NCBI GenBank assembly: GCA_951406725.2
Contig: OX597834.1
Location: 14,756,001 to 14,820,000 of the forward strand
DNA length: 64,000 nucleotides
Direction of reading: 5' to 3'
Source of the DNA: Octopus vulgaris
Taxonomy: Eukaryota
Positions within the stretch are counted from its first letter, which is position 1; each line of letters starts with the position of its first letter. The notes under the pieces were generated by a model, which did no database searches, was not told the DNA's origin, and saw only the letters and a list, made by a program, of their open reading frames with translations. Made by a program: the position numbers and the translations under genes. Shown piece after piece: positions 31,318 through 45,328 of the stretch.

Positions 31318-31486
31318 GTGTGTATATATACATATATTCATTTCTCATATATATACATATATATATATGTATATATATATGTATATATATATATATATAT
31401 ATATAAAATACAATAATGAATCTACACAGAAGAGATATTAATATATCTGTAAATACGTGCATGTATATATATATGTACATGTATAC

Positions 31487-31519
<33 letters not shown>

Positions 31520-31524
31520 TATAA

Positions 31525-31580
<56 letters not shown>

Positions 31581-31912
31581 GTATATATGTATAAACGTGG
31601 GCTCATTATTGTATGTTTATATATATATATATATAAATATATATATGCATATATATATATATTAAAGTGCGTGTACTTGTGTGTATGTGTCCGTTCGTAT
31701 GTCTCAATTTTTCTATGCGTGTCAGGTGCAATGAGAAGAAGACTTTTGGAATATACAGAAGTAATGTGATATATTATCTGACATGAGTTAATGGAAATAT
31801 GCTGATCAAACATTTACCATAGTAATTCAATACTTAGATATTCGCTGATTCAGCTGTTTCGTTCTACTGGGTGTGAATGTAGGTGAATATTTCATATATA
31901 CCTTAGTAAAGA

Positions 31913-31963
<51 letters not shown>

Positions 31964-32129
31964 ATCTGCGGATGACGTTGTAAGGTCCATCTCAAGCCCT
32001 GGTCTCGAGAAACTTCATTTAATCTCGTAAAGAATTTCAGCGTTATAAATCTGGTAAAATTACTCTATATTGATAAGGAACTCTTCGCTTATCTACATAA
32101 TCAACTACGTTATTTCATACACTTTCTCC

Positions 32130-32592
32130 TTCCTTCCTTCCTATCCGCTCAGTCGAAGTCGACTCTCGGTTACTTGTTGGATCAGTGTCCTCCAGTCAGT
32201 TCTATCGTGGGCCGCTTCTTTCAGACTGGCTATGTCCATTTCCGGTATCACTCTTGATGGTGTCAAGCCAGCGGGTTCTTGGTCGGCCTCTTGCTCTCTT
32301 GCCGCTGACCATTCTGATCATGATGTCCTTCTCCAGGGATTTTCTCCACATAATATGACCGAAATATGCCAATCTATGCTTGGTGATCCCAGCTTCAAGC
32401 GTCATTTTCGACCTGATCTGCTTAAGAACCGCTCCATTGGTGAGTCTCGCTGTGCATGGAATCCGAAAAAGTCTTCTCCAACACTAAAGCTCGAATGCAT
32501 TAATTCTCTTCTGCTCAGCTTTCTTTAGTGTCCAGGTCTCGCATCCATATGTTGCTATTGGGAATACAATTGCATTCACCAATCTGCATTTT
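32130..32592 (-). mobile_element. RTE (BovB-like) LINE, 3' fragment
   Basis: LVNAIVFPIATYGCETWTLKKAEQKRINAFEL*CWRRL..LAYFGHIM..LEKDIMIRMVSGKRARGRPRTRWLD; short (GGAA) tail. Confidence 0.92.
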
Positions 32593-33223
32593 TAAGATAA
32601 TATATTATTTGGTTTGAAGGAAATTTGACTGCTATGTGTAGCGGATTGGGCGGTAAACGATGTATGAGCTAACGCTTTTTGTCAGCACATGTTGTCAATA
32701 TGAGTAGAACGGAGTATTTAAGCACATATCTTCAATATAAATTGCAAAGAGACACGGAATTAGAAAGCAGCAAAACAGGTTATTTATGCTATATGAACTG
32801 AATTGTAAATTTAAACAGATTTCGAGGTTTTTCCTTTAACATTTCTTATACTCTTCGGATGCTTTTCCGTTTATTGTGAGCAGATTCGAAGAAACAGTGA
32901 TTCAAAGTAGCCGGGGTATAAAAGTCGTTTTATTGCAGCTTTTCTGTTACTTTTCAGATACTTATTATGTTCATATGAAATCTATGAGCGTCACATTTGC
33001 TCTATGTATATTTTTATGTATGAAAGGAAGGGATATAACCATCAGGATGCTGAATGTGCAATTTATGAGAATAGGATCTTGTAAATGAAATTCCATTTCA
33101 TTGTATCTCGGTTATCGACTTAACTACTGCTGGGTATGAATATAACAAAATCTACACCTTTCTGCCAAGCCACGTCCAGCCAATGTGGCAGAGTAAGCTC
33201 AACAGATCAGTATAACCTTAAGC

Positions 33224-33616
33224 TTGTGGAGGCGCAATGGCCCAGTGGTTAGGGCAGCGGACTCGCGGTCGTAGGATCGCGGTTTCGATTCCCAGACCGG
33301 GCGTTGTGAGTGTTTATTGAGCGAAAACACATAAAAAAAGCTCCACGAGGCTCCGACAGGAGATGGTGGTGATCCCTGCTGTACTCTTTCACCACAACTT
33401 TCTCTCACTCTTACTTCCTGTTTCTGTTGTACCTGTATTTCAAGGGGCCGGCCTTGTCACTCTCTGTGTCACGCTGAATATCCCCGAGAACTACGTTAAG
33501 GGTACACGTGTCTGTGGAGTGCTCAGCCACTTACACGTTAATTTCACGTGCAGGCTGTTCCATTGATCGGATCAACCGGAACCCTCATCGTCGTAACCGA
33601 CGGAGTGCTTCCATCC
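33224..33616 (+). mobile_element. Family A SINE, long-tail variant with 12-bp TSD
   Basis: TSD ATAACCTTAAGC at 33212-33223 and 33617-33628; intact A and B boxes. Confidence 0.93.
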
Positions 33617-34662
33617 ATAACCTTAAGCACAAAATCACGACTTACACATCAGACCGTGGTTGTTGAAGAGAACAGGATGAGGCCCTTGTCCTACAGCGGA
33701 CTGACCATGGGCAATACAATCCAATCCAATAGAGAACAGAAGAGAAATAGATGCGAATGAAATCACCGTGTTTTGCTTTAAGCTCCTTAGTAGCTTTTCG
33801 CCGCCAGTAAACTAAGAACCGCCTGGGAAGTATTATAAAAGATAGTGCAATAACACAAATAATATGGACTAGAACTGACAATAAATTTCTCTGTGCATAT
33901 TTGTCGGTAAGATAGACATATTTGGTTTAGATGTCATGTATGATTGCTTGCTTGTTTGCCTGTGTGTACGTGTGTATGAGAGGGACGCGACAGAAACCAT
34001 GGTTTACACGAAGAATTGGGTTCTAATAATGATATATGTGTATTAACATATTACGTATAACTGGTTAACACTTGGATACTCTAGACAAGTATTTTAATCC
34101 AATGAAATCATGGATAATGAAATATTATTCCCTGAGACGATAAAGTTCCGGAAATTGTATTCTAACAGAATAGTGTTATGCTCAATCATTTTTATTACTG
34201 ACAAAGCCTGTATTTACATTATGTTTAGAATGTATATGTATATGCACTCACATTTATGTATCGTAGATGTCAAAATAATATATTAACTTTGGAATATTGG
34301 CTCTCGAGGCAACACAAGTAAATCTATTAATAATAACGTATATAAAATATATGTGTGCATATTCATCTATACTCCTTGCGCAGTTTCTGCACGTGACCAG
34401 CATGACTTTGAGACTCAGGCTCCACTCATGGCTCGCCGCTTCATGACAGCCCATTCTGCTACAGACATACGATTTGAAATTTTTTAAGGCAGGTGGTGTT
34501 CACGGATTACATTGACCCCAGTGCCCAACTGGTACATATTATATAGACCCCACAAGCGAAAAATGCAAAATCTACCTCCACGATGTTTACACTTGGAAAT
34601 TAGAGCTGGAGATCATAAGATTAGGAACCAAAATCCATGCCCAACTGCCAAGCCAGGCTTTC

Positions 34663-34705
<43 letters not shown>

Positions 34706-34960
34706 CTGTGTGTGTGTGTGTACGTAGTGGTTTTACTTATCTCATAATAAACTTTTTAATAATTTTTGATAGTTATATATAATTTTTTTAAAAACTTAAT
34801 AAATATAAATATAAATTAATAATTTTAAATTTAAATAATTCAAATTTTAAATTTTCTATTTCATATATTTTGTAATTTATATTAATTATTTTTATTTTTA
34901 TGTTTTGGTTTATGTTTTTCACTCTTTGATTTGCCTAATAGTGGTTTTATCTCTAATTTA

Positions 34961-34995
<35 letters not shown>

Positions 34996-35321
34996 TAGGT
35001 ATTTATTTATGTATGTATATATGTGTATATACGTATGTATGTATGTACGTGTATGTGCATGTGTGTGTGTAAGTGGGTGAGCGAGCATGTGTGTGTGTGT
35101 GTGTATGTGTATAATAACCAGTAATAAACTAAATATTATAAGAGAAAATTTCTTTTATGTTATTGTTTTATAACTCTCTGATCGCGCATTGACTCCAATA
35201 GAACATTGTGACATATTTGAACAATCACAAATAACATATAAGATATACATTTACATATACACATATACATGTATATATATATATATATAAGAATGTATTT
35301 GTTTATGTATGTATATATGTA

Positions 35322-35354
<33 letters not shown>

Positions 35355-35405
35355 GTATGTATTTATGTATGTATATATATGTATATATGTATCTATGTTT
35401 GTATG

Positions 35406-35445
<40 letters not shown>

Positions 35446-35538
35446 TACATGTATATTTATATATATGTATTTGTGGGTACGTGTCATTATGTATGTATAC
35501 ATGTATATATATATATATATATATATTAATATATACGC

Positions 35539-35597
<59 letters not shown>

Positions 35598-36451
35598 CAT
35601 AAACATATCTGTAATGTACTTCTACATACATACAGCGGTTTATGAAGCATGATGCAATATAGGAATATAATAGATTAGGTTATGTATTACATATATATAG
35701 ATCTGTCTGTTCGTGAGATGCAGTTTTTCTGTCTGCTGTTTTCATGTACCGAGTTAGATCTAGAAAGATTGAAGATGTAATCTGCATATACCCAAGAATA
35801 TAACACACACACACACACATACACATCCACACACACATGTATGCTTGTATATATTTCTCTTTCATTAAGTGTGCATATGCGTGTTTATATATCTATCTCC
35901 TTGGTATATGTTTGTTTGTTTTTTTTTTTTCATTATGTAAACGCGTTTGTTTACGTACACATCTACTGAACGACAGAAATAAATTTTACTATTGTAAATG
36001 TTGAATAGGAAAAGACAGACATTCTTACATGTTATGGCCTCTCTTTCGTATATTCTATCTTCCATTGTTTGATTGTTGTTGTTGTTGTTTTTCGTCTTTG
36101 TTTTTGTTTTTTGTTTTTTTTTTTGTTTTTTTTTTCATATATTTTCTTATCGAAATCCTTTCATCTCGAATTTCCAGTATGAGAAATGAATATATTGTCA
36201 TATGTGACGAAAATAGACTATCTAACGCTAAATAATATTTTCTGAATAAACACCTCCTATACAAGCGTTTCATGGTTGTTTGGAATTTTTTTTTCTTTCG
36301 CTTTTTGAAGGGGTTTGTGTTTTGTTTTTCATCCTTTGAAATCTGCAATGCATATATTTCATATACACTGCTGTGAATTTTTCATTTTCATTATTTTTCA
36401 ACTTCATATTTGATCCTGCTTTTGATTTTCATGTATGCATTTACTTACTTA

Positions 36452-36529
<78 letters not shown>

Positions 36530-37269
36530 TACACAAACATACACACACACATTATGATTTATAAATATTTAGGCTTGCATTTTTTGCTAAGTAAATTAAT
36601 GTACGCATTTGCATATGAATAAATACATATATATGTGTGTGTGTTTGTGTGTAGCTATGTATGTATTTGTGTGTGCGCATGCGTATGTGTATAGAATTTT
36701 CTGGCTATATATATTCATATAGTGTGCGTATATGGAATATTTGTATGCATTCATGTATGTTTGAATGTATATATGTATCTATGTTTATATATGCCCATAC
36801 ACACGCGCACACACACACGCATTCACACACACACACATATGTGTATATATATATATATATAAGTATATATATAAGTATACACTCATACGTAAACATACTT
36901 ATTCCTCCCCAGGTCACGATTATACAAACACTCGCACGCACACACTCAAACACACATGAACCAAGACATACACGCATATGCATATATATACATATATATG
37001 TGTGGGGGGGTGTTTATTATATACTTCTTGTATTCTTCTCCACCCGTAATTATTTACTGTCTTCCATATTTTCCGATTCACATGTGAGAACCCGAATATA
37101 TAAGCACGATTTCAGTGAGTCTATTTTCGTTAGCAATTTTATTCTTGGTAACACAGAAAGTTTTGGAATGTTCTTGAAGCCTATTTATTCTTAAAACATA
37201 TCTGAAATGCGATCAACTAAAGGCTCTGATGATTGAGTTGTAATTTCGATAAAATTTCATATGTGGAAT

Positions 37270-37435
37270 ATAATTATGGTTCTATATTTAAGAGATGAGG
37301 AATTATGTACATTATTTACAGTTCACGGATATTTGTCCTCATCTTCCTTCGGCTGATATACCCTCCACAGCCTTCATCTGGTGTCTTGGGGAAATTTCCA
37401 ACCTAGGTTCTCATTCCTAATGAATTTTTTGATGT

Positions 37436-37531
<96 letters not shown>

Positions 37532-37668
37532 CATTGCCCGGAATCGAACTGGAAATCTTGAGATTAGTAGCCAGCGCTCTAAAAACTACACATGCACGTG
37601 GGCGTAGTGGTTAAGAGCGCGGGCTACCGGTACCGAAATTCCGAGTACGGTTCCAGGCATTGTGCTGA

Positions 37669-37718
<50 letters not shown>

Positions 37719-37971
37719 TATTAGGCGCAATGGCCTAGTGGTTAGGGCAGCGGACTTGCGGTCGGAGGATCGCGGTTTCGATTCCCAGACCGGGCGTTGT
37801 GTGTGTTTATTGAGCGAAAAAACACCTAAAAGCTCCACGAGGCTCCGGCAGGAGGTGGTGATCCCTGCTGTACTCTTTCACCACTCTAAAGGCGGTGCTC
37901 AGCATGGCCGCAGTCAAATGACTGAAACAAGTACAAAAAAAAAAAAATAAAAAAAATAATAATAATAATAA

Positions 37972-38002
<31 letters not shown>

Positions 38003-38742
38003 AAGAAGAAGAAGAAGAAGAAGAAGAAGAAGAAGAAGAAGAAGAAGAAATTTCCCCAAAACAGCTGATGAAGAATGGAGGGTATAGCAGCTCTCGTGGT
38101 TTCTGATCTTAATTGATTGGAAGTGTTATCATGTACATTGTTTTGTCTTTGTATAAAAGATGGGCTACAGCAAATATTCTGATCAATACTACAGATTTGC
38201 ATGTCAGTTATTAGACCTTAACCGGTTGAGCATATCCCTTAGTGGCTGACGATATGTGCATCGCTGATCATGAGCAGAAGTAGTGGGAGAGCATCATTGC
38301 CGTGTGTTGAGAGGGATTCTTTGGGGTTTGAATAGTGCACCTCTGGAAACATGGGTGGTTCTTTCAACATCCTTAAACAACCCTTATTCAGGGACCTTTT
38401 ATGTGGATGGGTTACTCGACCAGAAGAAAATTCTAACTGGGCCCCACCTGCATGATCACGTGCTGTTAATCTTGATATGAGATCACCATCTCGCGTACAT
38501 TTGGTTGTGATGGATGTGCCTGGTGTACCCTTATCAGACGGGTAGTCATGATGGGTACTCTGAGCTTCGTATATTTTACCCCAGGGTCACTTTGATGCCA
38601 TGCACTGCTCTCTCACTCAATAATAATAATAATAATAATAAATTTTCCCGAGACACCCGATGAAGAATGGAGGGTATATCAGCCGAAACAAGATGCGGAC
38701 AAAAATCCGTCAAATGTAAATAATGTAAATAATGTATATAAT
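37270..38742. mobile_element. Palindromic composite element: inverted tRNA-like heads, (TAA)n spacers and inverted hammerhead-like arms, with later insertions
   Basis: 37525-37590 and 37601-37670 are inverted tRNA-like heads; 37300-37397 is the reverse complement of 38641-38742; a partial third arm lies at 38048-38092. Confidence 0.7.
37724..37935 (+). mobile_element. Chimeric SINE: family A head + family C tail
   Basis: A head to CTCTTTCACCACTCT, then AAAGGCGGTGCTCAGCATGGCCGCAGTCAAATGACTGAAACAAGTA. Confidence 0.88.
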
Positions 38743-39585
38743 TATGCAATTTATAATGCGAAAGCAAAATACGTATAGAAATTGTAATGATATTGTTACT
38801 GTTATCAATAATTGTAGGAACGTAAAATGTATGCGCGGGCGCGCGGGTATAATGTTTGTATGTGTCATTGTGTCTGTCTCCTCTAACGTTTTACAACTGA
38901 TGTTCGTCCCCTTAGACTAGCGGTTAGACTGACGTGATGGATAGAGTAAGTACTAGGCTTAATAGAAATAAAAAATAGGTTCGATTTGTTGGGCGAAACA
39001 ACTAAGGCAGTTCCCTCGCTGGGCCGCAGTCCCATGACAAAAATCAGAATGTGATGAAAGAAAAAATATAAGCAGTATATACAAATATAGATACGGACAT
39101 ACATTCATATATGTGTGTGTGCATATATGTATGTGTGTGAGTGCGTATGTTTGTGTGTGTGTGTGTTTGTATATATATATATATATATACGTACCGTTAT
39201 TCAGACGCATTGAAGAATTTAGCCGTCGATTTTGCCTCCGACATAAAATTAGAAAGTCTCGGGAAAAGTGAAGCGTAACGATTGCTAGTTCTCCTGAAAC
39301 GATTAACATCCTTCTTTATCTGTGCTCCACACAGACTCCCATTTTTATAAACGCAAGCAACATGGAGACAGAACGTCCACACGACCCGTTACATTCACTC
39401 TAAGACATCCATGTACATATAATATGGTTGGAACACTTAAGTTATTGGAATATCTTGCATAAACTGTAAGTTCCAATAGGTAGAATGCACTTTTACATAT
39501 TAAGGAACTTACACAGCAATTTCTTTACTTGTTTCAGTTTTCAGGTATTTTATATTTAATAATCATTGAAGTATCATGCTCTCTC

Positions 39586-39639
<54 letters not shown>

Positions 39640-39848
39640 CCACATCTTCTCTCCTGGTGCTGTATGAACATTGAATGTGGTTTTAGAGTCAAGTATTGTC
39701 TGCTATTTCCAGCGTGGATATATATATATATAAGTATTACTTTTGAAGGTTTTTATTCCCATGCTGGCCACTTGATAAGATCGATATTTAAATTAACGAT
39801 CTTATCCTTATAATATATATATATATCATCATCATCAATGTTCCGGTC

Positions 39849-39889
<41 letters not shown>

Positions 39890-39913
39890 ATGATGATATA
39901 TATACATTGATGA

Positions 39914-39957
<44 letters not shown>

Positions 39958-40013
39958 TGATGATGATGATTATATATATATATATATATAAGGATAAGAT
40001 CGTTAATTTAAAT

Positions 40014-40055
<42 letters not shown>

Positions 40056-40057
<2 letters not shown>

Positions 40058-40235
40058 CTAGCCACTACACATTCTTTATTTTCTTTACTTGTTTCTTTCT
40101 GTATTCCTTTCTGTGGAAGACCGTAGGCTCGAAGAAACGTTAAAGAGTTTTTCATTTCCCGACCGTTATACTAATACATCTGTTTGTTGTCTACGGTACC
40201 TGTCTTCGTGGTTTTTTTGTGTGTGAATTCTCCCT
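40056..40235 (+). mobile_element. Diverged Penelope-type arm, same family as 5061/5633
   Basis: CGCTAGCCACTACAC..CTGTGGAAGACCGTAGGCTCGAAGAAACGT..ATACTAATACA; flanked by (TA)n. Confidence 0.65.
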
Positions 40236-40276
40236 ATATATATAATATATATATATATATATATTATATATACATA

Positions 40277-40603
40277 GGCGCAGGAGTTGGTGTGTGGTAA
40301 GGAGCTTGCTTTCCAACCACTTGGTTCCGAGTACAGACCCACTGCATTACACATTGGGCAAGTGTCCTTTACTATAGTCTCAGGTTGACCAAAGCTTTCT
40401 GAGTGGATTTGGTACATGGAAACTACAAAAAAGCCTGACGTATTTGTGTGTTTGTGTGGGCGAATCTAATGGCATTGGAGTGTTTAGAACCCCGTAAATT
40501 AACAGTTTGACAAAAGAAACCGATAGACTTAAAGTAAAAGAAGTGTTTGGCTCGATTCATTCGGATAAAATGCTTCAAGGTGGGGCCCCGCATGGCCGCA
40601 GTC
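40277..40603 (+). mobile_element. Degenerate family C SINE
   Basis: GGCGCAGGAGTTGGTGTGTGGTAAG head through GCATGGCCGCAGTC. Confidence 0.8.
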
Positions 40604-41052
40604 TATATGTATGTGTGTGGGGGGGGTGCGCTTGCTTGTATGAGTTTGTGTGTATGAGGGCGAATGTTTGATTGTCTGGCCTTGGGTATATATTTGTAAG
40701 TATGTGTAAATATTAATGCTAATATCAATATCAATACAAAACAACAAAAAAAACCCATACTACCTCTAATATCAGTAAAATATTCTATAAGCAAGTATAC
40801 TAATTTGAATAATACTTACGTTTCTATTAATATTGATAGACACACGGATACTAAACAAATACTAATGTGATACTAATCAATCAGAAGAACACAGCATACC
40901 TGAATGAAGTTACAACAAATGTTCCTGGCGTAAAAGGTTAGATGGAAAACAGATACTGTCACGCAGTAAATATTTATTGAACAGACAATTAATATCGCTA
41001 CAACGTAAAAGATATTGAGCAGACAAACACAAACGCTATTGTGCCTTTCATA

Positions 41053-41211
41053 GTAATAATGATAATGATAATGATAATAACAACAACAATAAGAAGAAGA
41101 AGAACAATAACAATAATAATGATAATGATAATAGTAATAGTAATAATAATAATAATAATAGGAATAGTAATAATAATAATAATAATAATAATAGGAATAG
41201 TAATAATAGTA

Positions 41212-41250
<39 letters not shown>

Positions 41251-41253
41251 GGA

Positions 41254-41284
<31 letters not shown>

Positions 41285-41510
41285 TAGTAATAGTAATAAT
41301 AATAATAATAATAGTAATAATAATAATAATAATAATAATGATAATAATAATAATAATGATAATAATAATAACAATAATAATAATAATAACAATAATAATA
41401 ACAATAATAATAATAATAATAATAATGATGATGATGATGATGATGATGATAAAGATGATGATGATGATGATGATGATGATGTTGATGATGATGATGATGA
41501 TGATGATGAA

Positions 41511-41542
<32 letters not shown>

Positions 41543-41585
41543 CGATGACGATGACGATGATGATGATGATGATGATGATGGTGAC

Positions 41586-41625
<40 letters not shown>
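41053..41625. repeat. Compound (AAT)n/(GAT)n microsatellite
   Basis: Direct observation; source of the poly-H/Y/S/L ORFs. Confidence 0.95.
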
Positions 41626-41627
<2 letters not shown>

Positions 41628-42747
41628 AGATAAAGGGTGGCAACGTACATTTAATAGTAAATAGATAGATGACACGATTTCGGAGAATGAATCGCACGAA
41701 AAAATTATCATGGTGGGTTTGATATAACACATTTCGAATTTTGGCAGCCATTTTGTCAGATGTTATATATGTGTGTGCGTGCGTGTGTGTGTGTGTGTGT
41801 GTGTCTGTGTGTCTGTGTGTCTCTGTGCGTGTGTGCGTGTGTGTCTGTGTGTGTGTGTCCGTGGGTCTGTGTGCGTGCGTGTGTGCGTGTGTGTGTGGGG
41901 GGGGGTCTGTGTATGTGATTTATAACAATTGTTTTTAAATCCTTGTGAATCTACTGTGTCTATATACTCTTGTCCCGTGCTATATTGTTATAATTAATTG
42001 ATAGTTTCCTTTTGTTGTTCGTATTCAATATGGCTGTTATTCTCTGGCGAATCATATCACAATTCGAGAAGTATATTACTATGATTATAATAATAATTTT
42101 ATAGTAAATAGAATGGTGAATTCATCCAACGATGGAAGCAGTTACTACGCCATTAAATCTCCAGACATATTTACGCCGTGCTGTAAAGATACAGATTGTT
42201 TATTTACACATTCGCTGTATTCCAATCCGATGTCTTGCTGTTATATATCATCGATATGAAATGAACAGGAAAGTTATCGCCTGATGTTGAGTAAACTATC
42301 GTTATATATATAACATTATATATTATCACATCGGTGTTTGTACTTACGAAAATACAGGTGATTTTTAGATATTTAAAAGCAGATAGAAATCATATATAGG
42401 AATAGATACACATGAAGAGAGATCCTGACAATAGCTTACAATGGGTTTATGCTTCATAACAAAAATTCCATTAGTTCTGGTAATAGAGATTCTAAAGCGC
42501 CAACACCTAATCTACCGGATTATTTCATCCACAGCTATGGGAAACTGAGTTTTCAAAGGATTAATAAAAGTGAGAATGTTTATTTAAAGCAATGAATATT
42601 AATAATATAGCAGGTTTGATGGTACACAAATTAGGCTAGATGTTATATCGTAACAACGCGTATAGCGAGGCAGACGTACGGTATTCGAAAATGTATATTC
42701 TGCGGGCAACAGACACACATACACGCATGCACACATGCATACACACA

Positions 42748-42785
<38 letters not shown>

Positions 42786-42883
42786 TATATATATATGCAT
42801 ATGTTCTGGTGTCTGTGTATAGGGGGGATATATGTATATGTATACGTAGAGGATATATCCATATATATATATATATATGTATG

Positions 42884-42916
<33 letters not shown>

Positions 42917-42993
42917 ATGTATATAAATATACGTGTGTGTATATATATATATGTATATATGTGTGTGTGTGTATGTGTTTATATATATACATG

Positions 42994-43046
<53 letters not shown>

Positions 43047-43632
43047 GTACTCAAAAATATGCGTTTATATATGTTTTGTATGTGTGAGTGCTTGCGCATG
43101 AGTGCATGTCTGTGTGTGTGTGTGTGTGTGTGTGCGTGTGTGTGCATGTGTGTGTTTCTCGCTGTGTCTGCGTGTGCATGCGAGCGTGCGTGCATGGGTA
43201 TAGGCACGGGTACCGTATCCGATTCGAGGTTAGGCATAGCCAGACATGATATGAATAAATTATATATTGCGATTATAATACCCGCATCGTATCTCATTCA
43301 AAGCGTTTTGTTATTATTTAATTTTTATAGGATAACGGATGTTTATTTAACACCTTGAAACTTTGGAATACCATTAACAACACTAAATATTTAATTTTCA
43401 ATTAGACCTTCGATTGAAGTCGTATATGAAAGGCGATATATAAAAAACAATAAACATACGGATTCATTAGTGTTGATGTTAGATAATATATTCGTTGTGA
43501 TTTTTAAAATTCGTTCTTTTTGTTCTGTTGCAGCTACCACCCTTTATATTTGATAATGATGATGATGGTGGAGGTGGTTGTGGTGGTGGTGGTGGTGGTG
43601 GTGATGGTGGTGGTGGTTTCAGTTTTTGGCAA

Positions 43633-43843
43633 AAGGCGGCGAGCTGGTAGAAACGTTAGCACGCCGGGCGAAATGCTTAGCGGTATTTCGTCTGCCGTTA
43701 CGTTGTGAGTTCAAATTCCGCCGAGGTCAACTTTGCCTTTCATCCTTTCGGGGTCGATAAATTAAGTACCAGTTACGCACTGGGGTCGATGAAATCGACT
43801 TAATACCTATGTCTGTCCTTGTTTGTCCCCTCTGTGTGAAATA
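43633..43843 (+). mobile_element. Family D SINE with 16-bp TSD, nested in the tail of an older D-type SINE
   Basis: TSD GGTTTCAGTTTTTGGC at 43615-43630 and 43844-43859; the host copy continues on the minus strand to about 43985. Confidence 0.88.
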
Positions 43844-44008
43844 GGTTTCAGTTTTTGGCTTAAGGCCTGCAAATTTCGGGGTAGGGAGGAAATCGATTAC
43901 ATTGAACCCAGTACTGGACTGGTACTTATTTTATCGACACGAAGTGGTGAATGGCAAATTCCACCCTGGTGCGATTTGAACTCACCTCATGGAGAAAGAG
44001 GAATTACC

Positions 44009-44260
44009 TATTTCTTTATTGCCCACAATAGGCTAAACATAGAGAGGACAAACAAGGACAGGCAAACGGATTAAGTCGATTATATCGACCCCAGTGCGTA
44101 ACTCCTACTTATTTAATCAACCCCGAAGGGATGAAAGGCGGAATTTGTATTCAGAACATAGCGGCAGACAAAATAACAATTTCTTTACTACCCACAAGGA
44201 GCTAAACACAGAGAGGAGAAACGATTATAACGACCCCAGAGCGTAACTGGTACTTATAGT
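44009..44260 (-). mobile_element. Tandem headless family D units
   Basis: On the minus strand the tail GTAAAGAAAT joins directly to TGTTATTTTGTCTGCCG, the start of the D body. Confidence 0.75.
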
Positions 44261-44344
44261 AATGACCAGTATACCTATGATAAAAGAATTGCTCAAAGAG
44301 GGTTAATCGGGCACTGAACCACACAAACAACAGCATGCACAAGG

Positions 44345-44600
44345 TAAAGTTACAGTTTCCTTCTTGAATCATACCGACTCGTAAGAGCCGCTTTCCCAGC
44401 TTCCATGGTATATAAACACCCCACCTCGACGGGATGCCGATCCCACGCAGGAATATTCATGTTTGCCAGCCGAGTGGATAAGAGCAGCTTAAAATGAAGT
44501 GTTTTCCTCCAGAACATAGAGCGTCTCCCAGTTCAGGAATCGAGCCCACGATCTCAGGATCGTAAGGTCTACCCGCTAACCACTAAGCTAAGCTCCTCCA
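44345..44600 (-). mobile_element. Family B-related SINE, degenerate
   Basis: TATTCATGTTTGCCAGCCGAGTGGA..AAATGAAGTGTTTT..GGAATCGAGCCCACGATC..CTAACCACTAAGC. Confidence 0.7.
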
Positions 44601-45035
44601 CAAACAGCAGCAATACTGGCTTCGCTTTTCTGCTAAAGATTTATTTTTTTCGTAAAAGGGCTGCAGAAAAATATATCAAGTAAATTATTTGTTATAAACT
44701 ACTTTAAAATATCGACACCTGGATTGGAAATTACGGTCCCTTACCGATGTGAGATAATAAATAGTGCTATCACCTGTGTCGTCATGAAATAAGACAGGCA
44801 TTCAATGTAAAGGAATGACACTGTCATTTCCAACGTATTTCTGAGAGGAAAAGTTCCAACTGCGGTTGTTAGCAAAGGAATAAATATGAAAATTATATAT
44901 TCAAGGTGAAGTGTTCATATTTTATGTATGTAACCTCTTTTACCAAACACCTGAAATATATGTGTATATGTGGTGCGAGTGCGAAAGTGTGTGCGTGTAA
45001 GTATATATGTAAGCGTATGTATCCGTTGATATATG

Positions 45036-45084
<49 letters not shown>

Positions 45085-45143
45085 GCACGCACATGCATAT
45101 ACATGTACATAGATACATATACACATATATATGCGTGTGTACG

Positions 45144-45197
<54 letters not shown>

Positions 45198-45288
45198 ATA
45201 GGCAGAACTTCAGTTGAATGACTCTTGAAATTGTGCCTTCCGGTGCAACACCTGACGTTGGAAATGTTGACTTTATGTGTCAAAATAT

Positions 45289-45328
<40 letters not shown>

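Noticed and set aside
33224-33305. tRNA gene-like sequences (also 814, 5304, 21350, 37601)
   Set aside because: They continue into SINE bodies, some with TSDs; these are SINE heads, not tRNA genes.
38093-38620. Complex sequence inserted in the palindromic element
   Set aside because: Probably a separate repeat (perhaps a LINE 5' region), but it is single copy here with no diagnostic motif.
40873-41751. 292-aa His/Tyr-rich ORF starting MAAK
   Set aside because: Two thirds is (CAT)n/(TAT)n; the start context is noted only as part of a possible exon.
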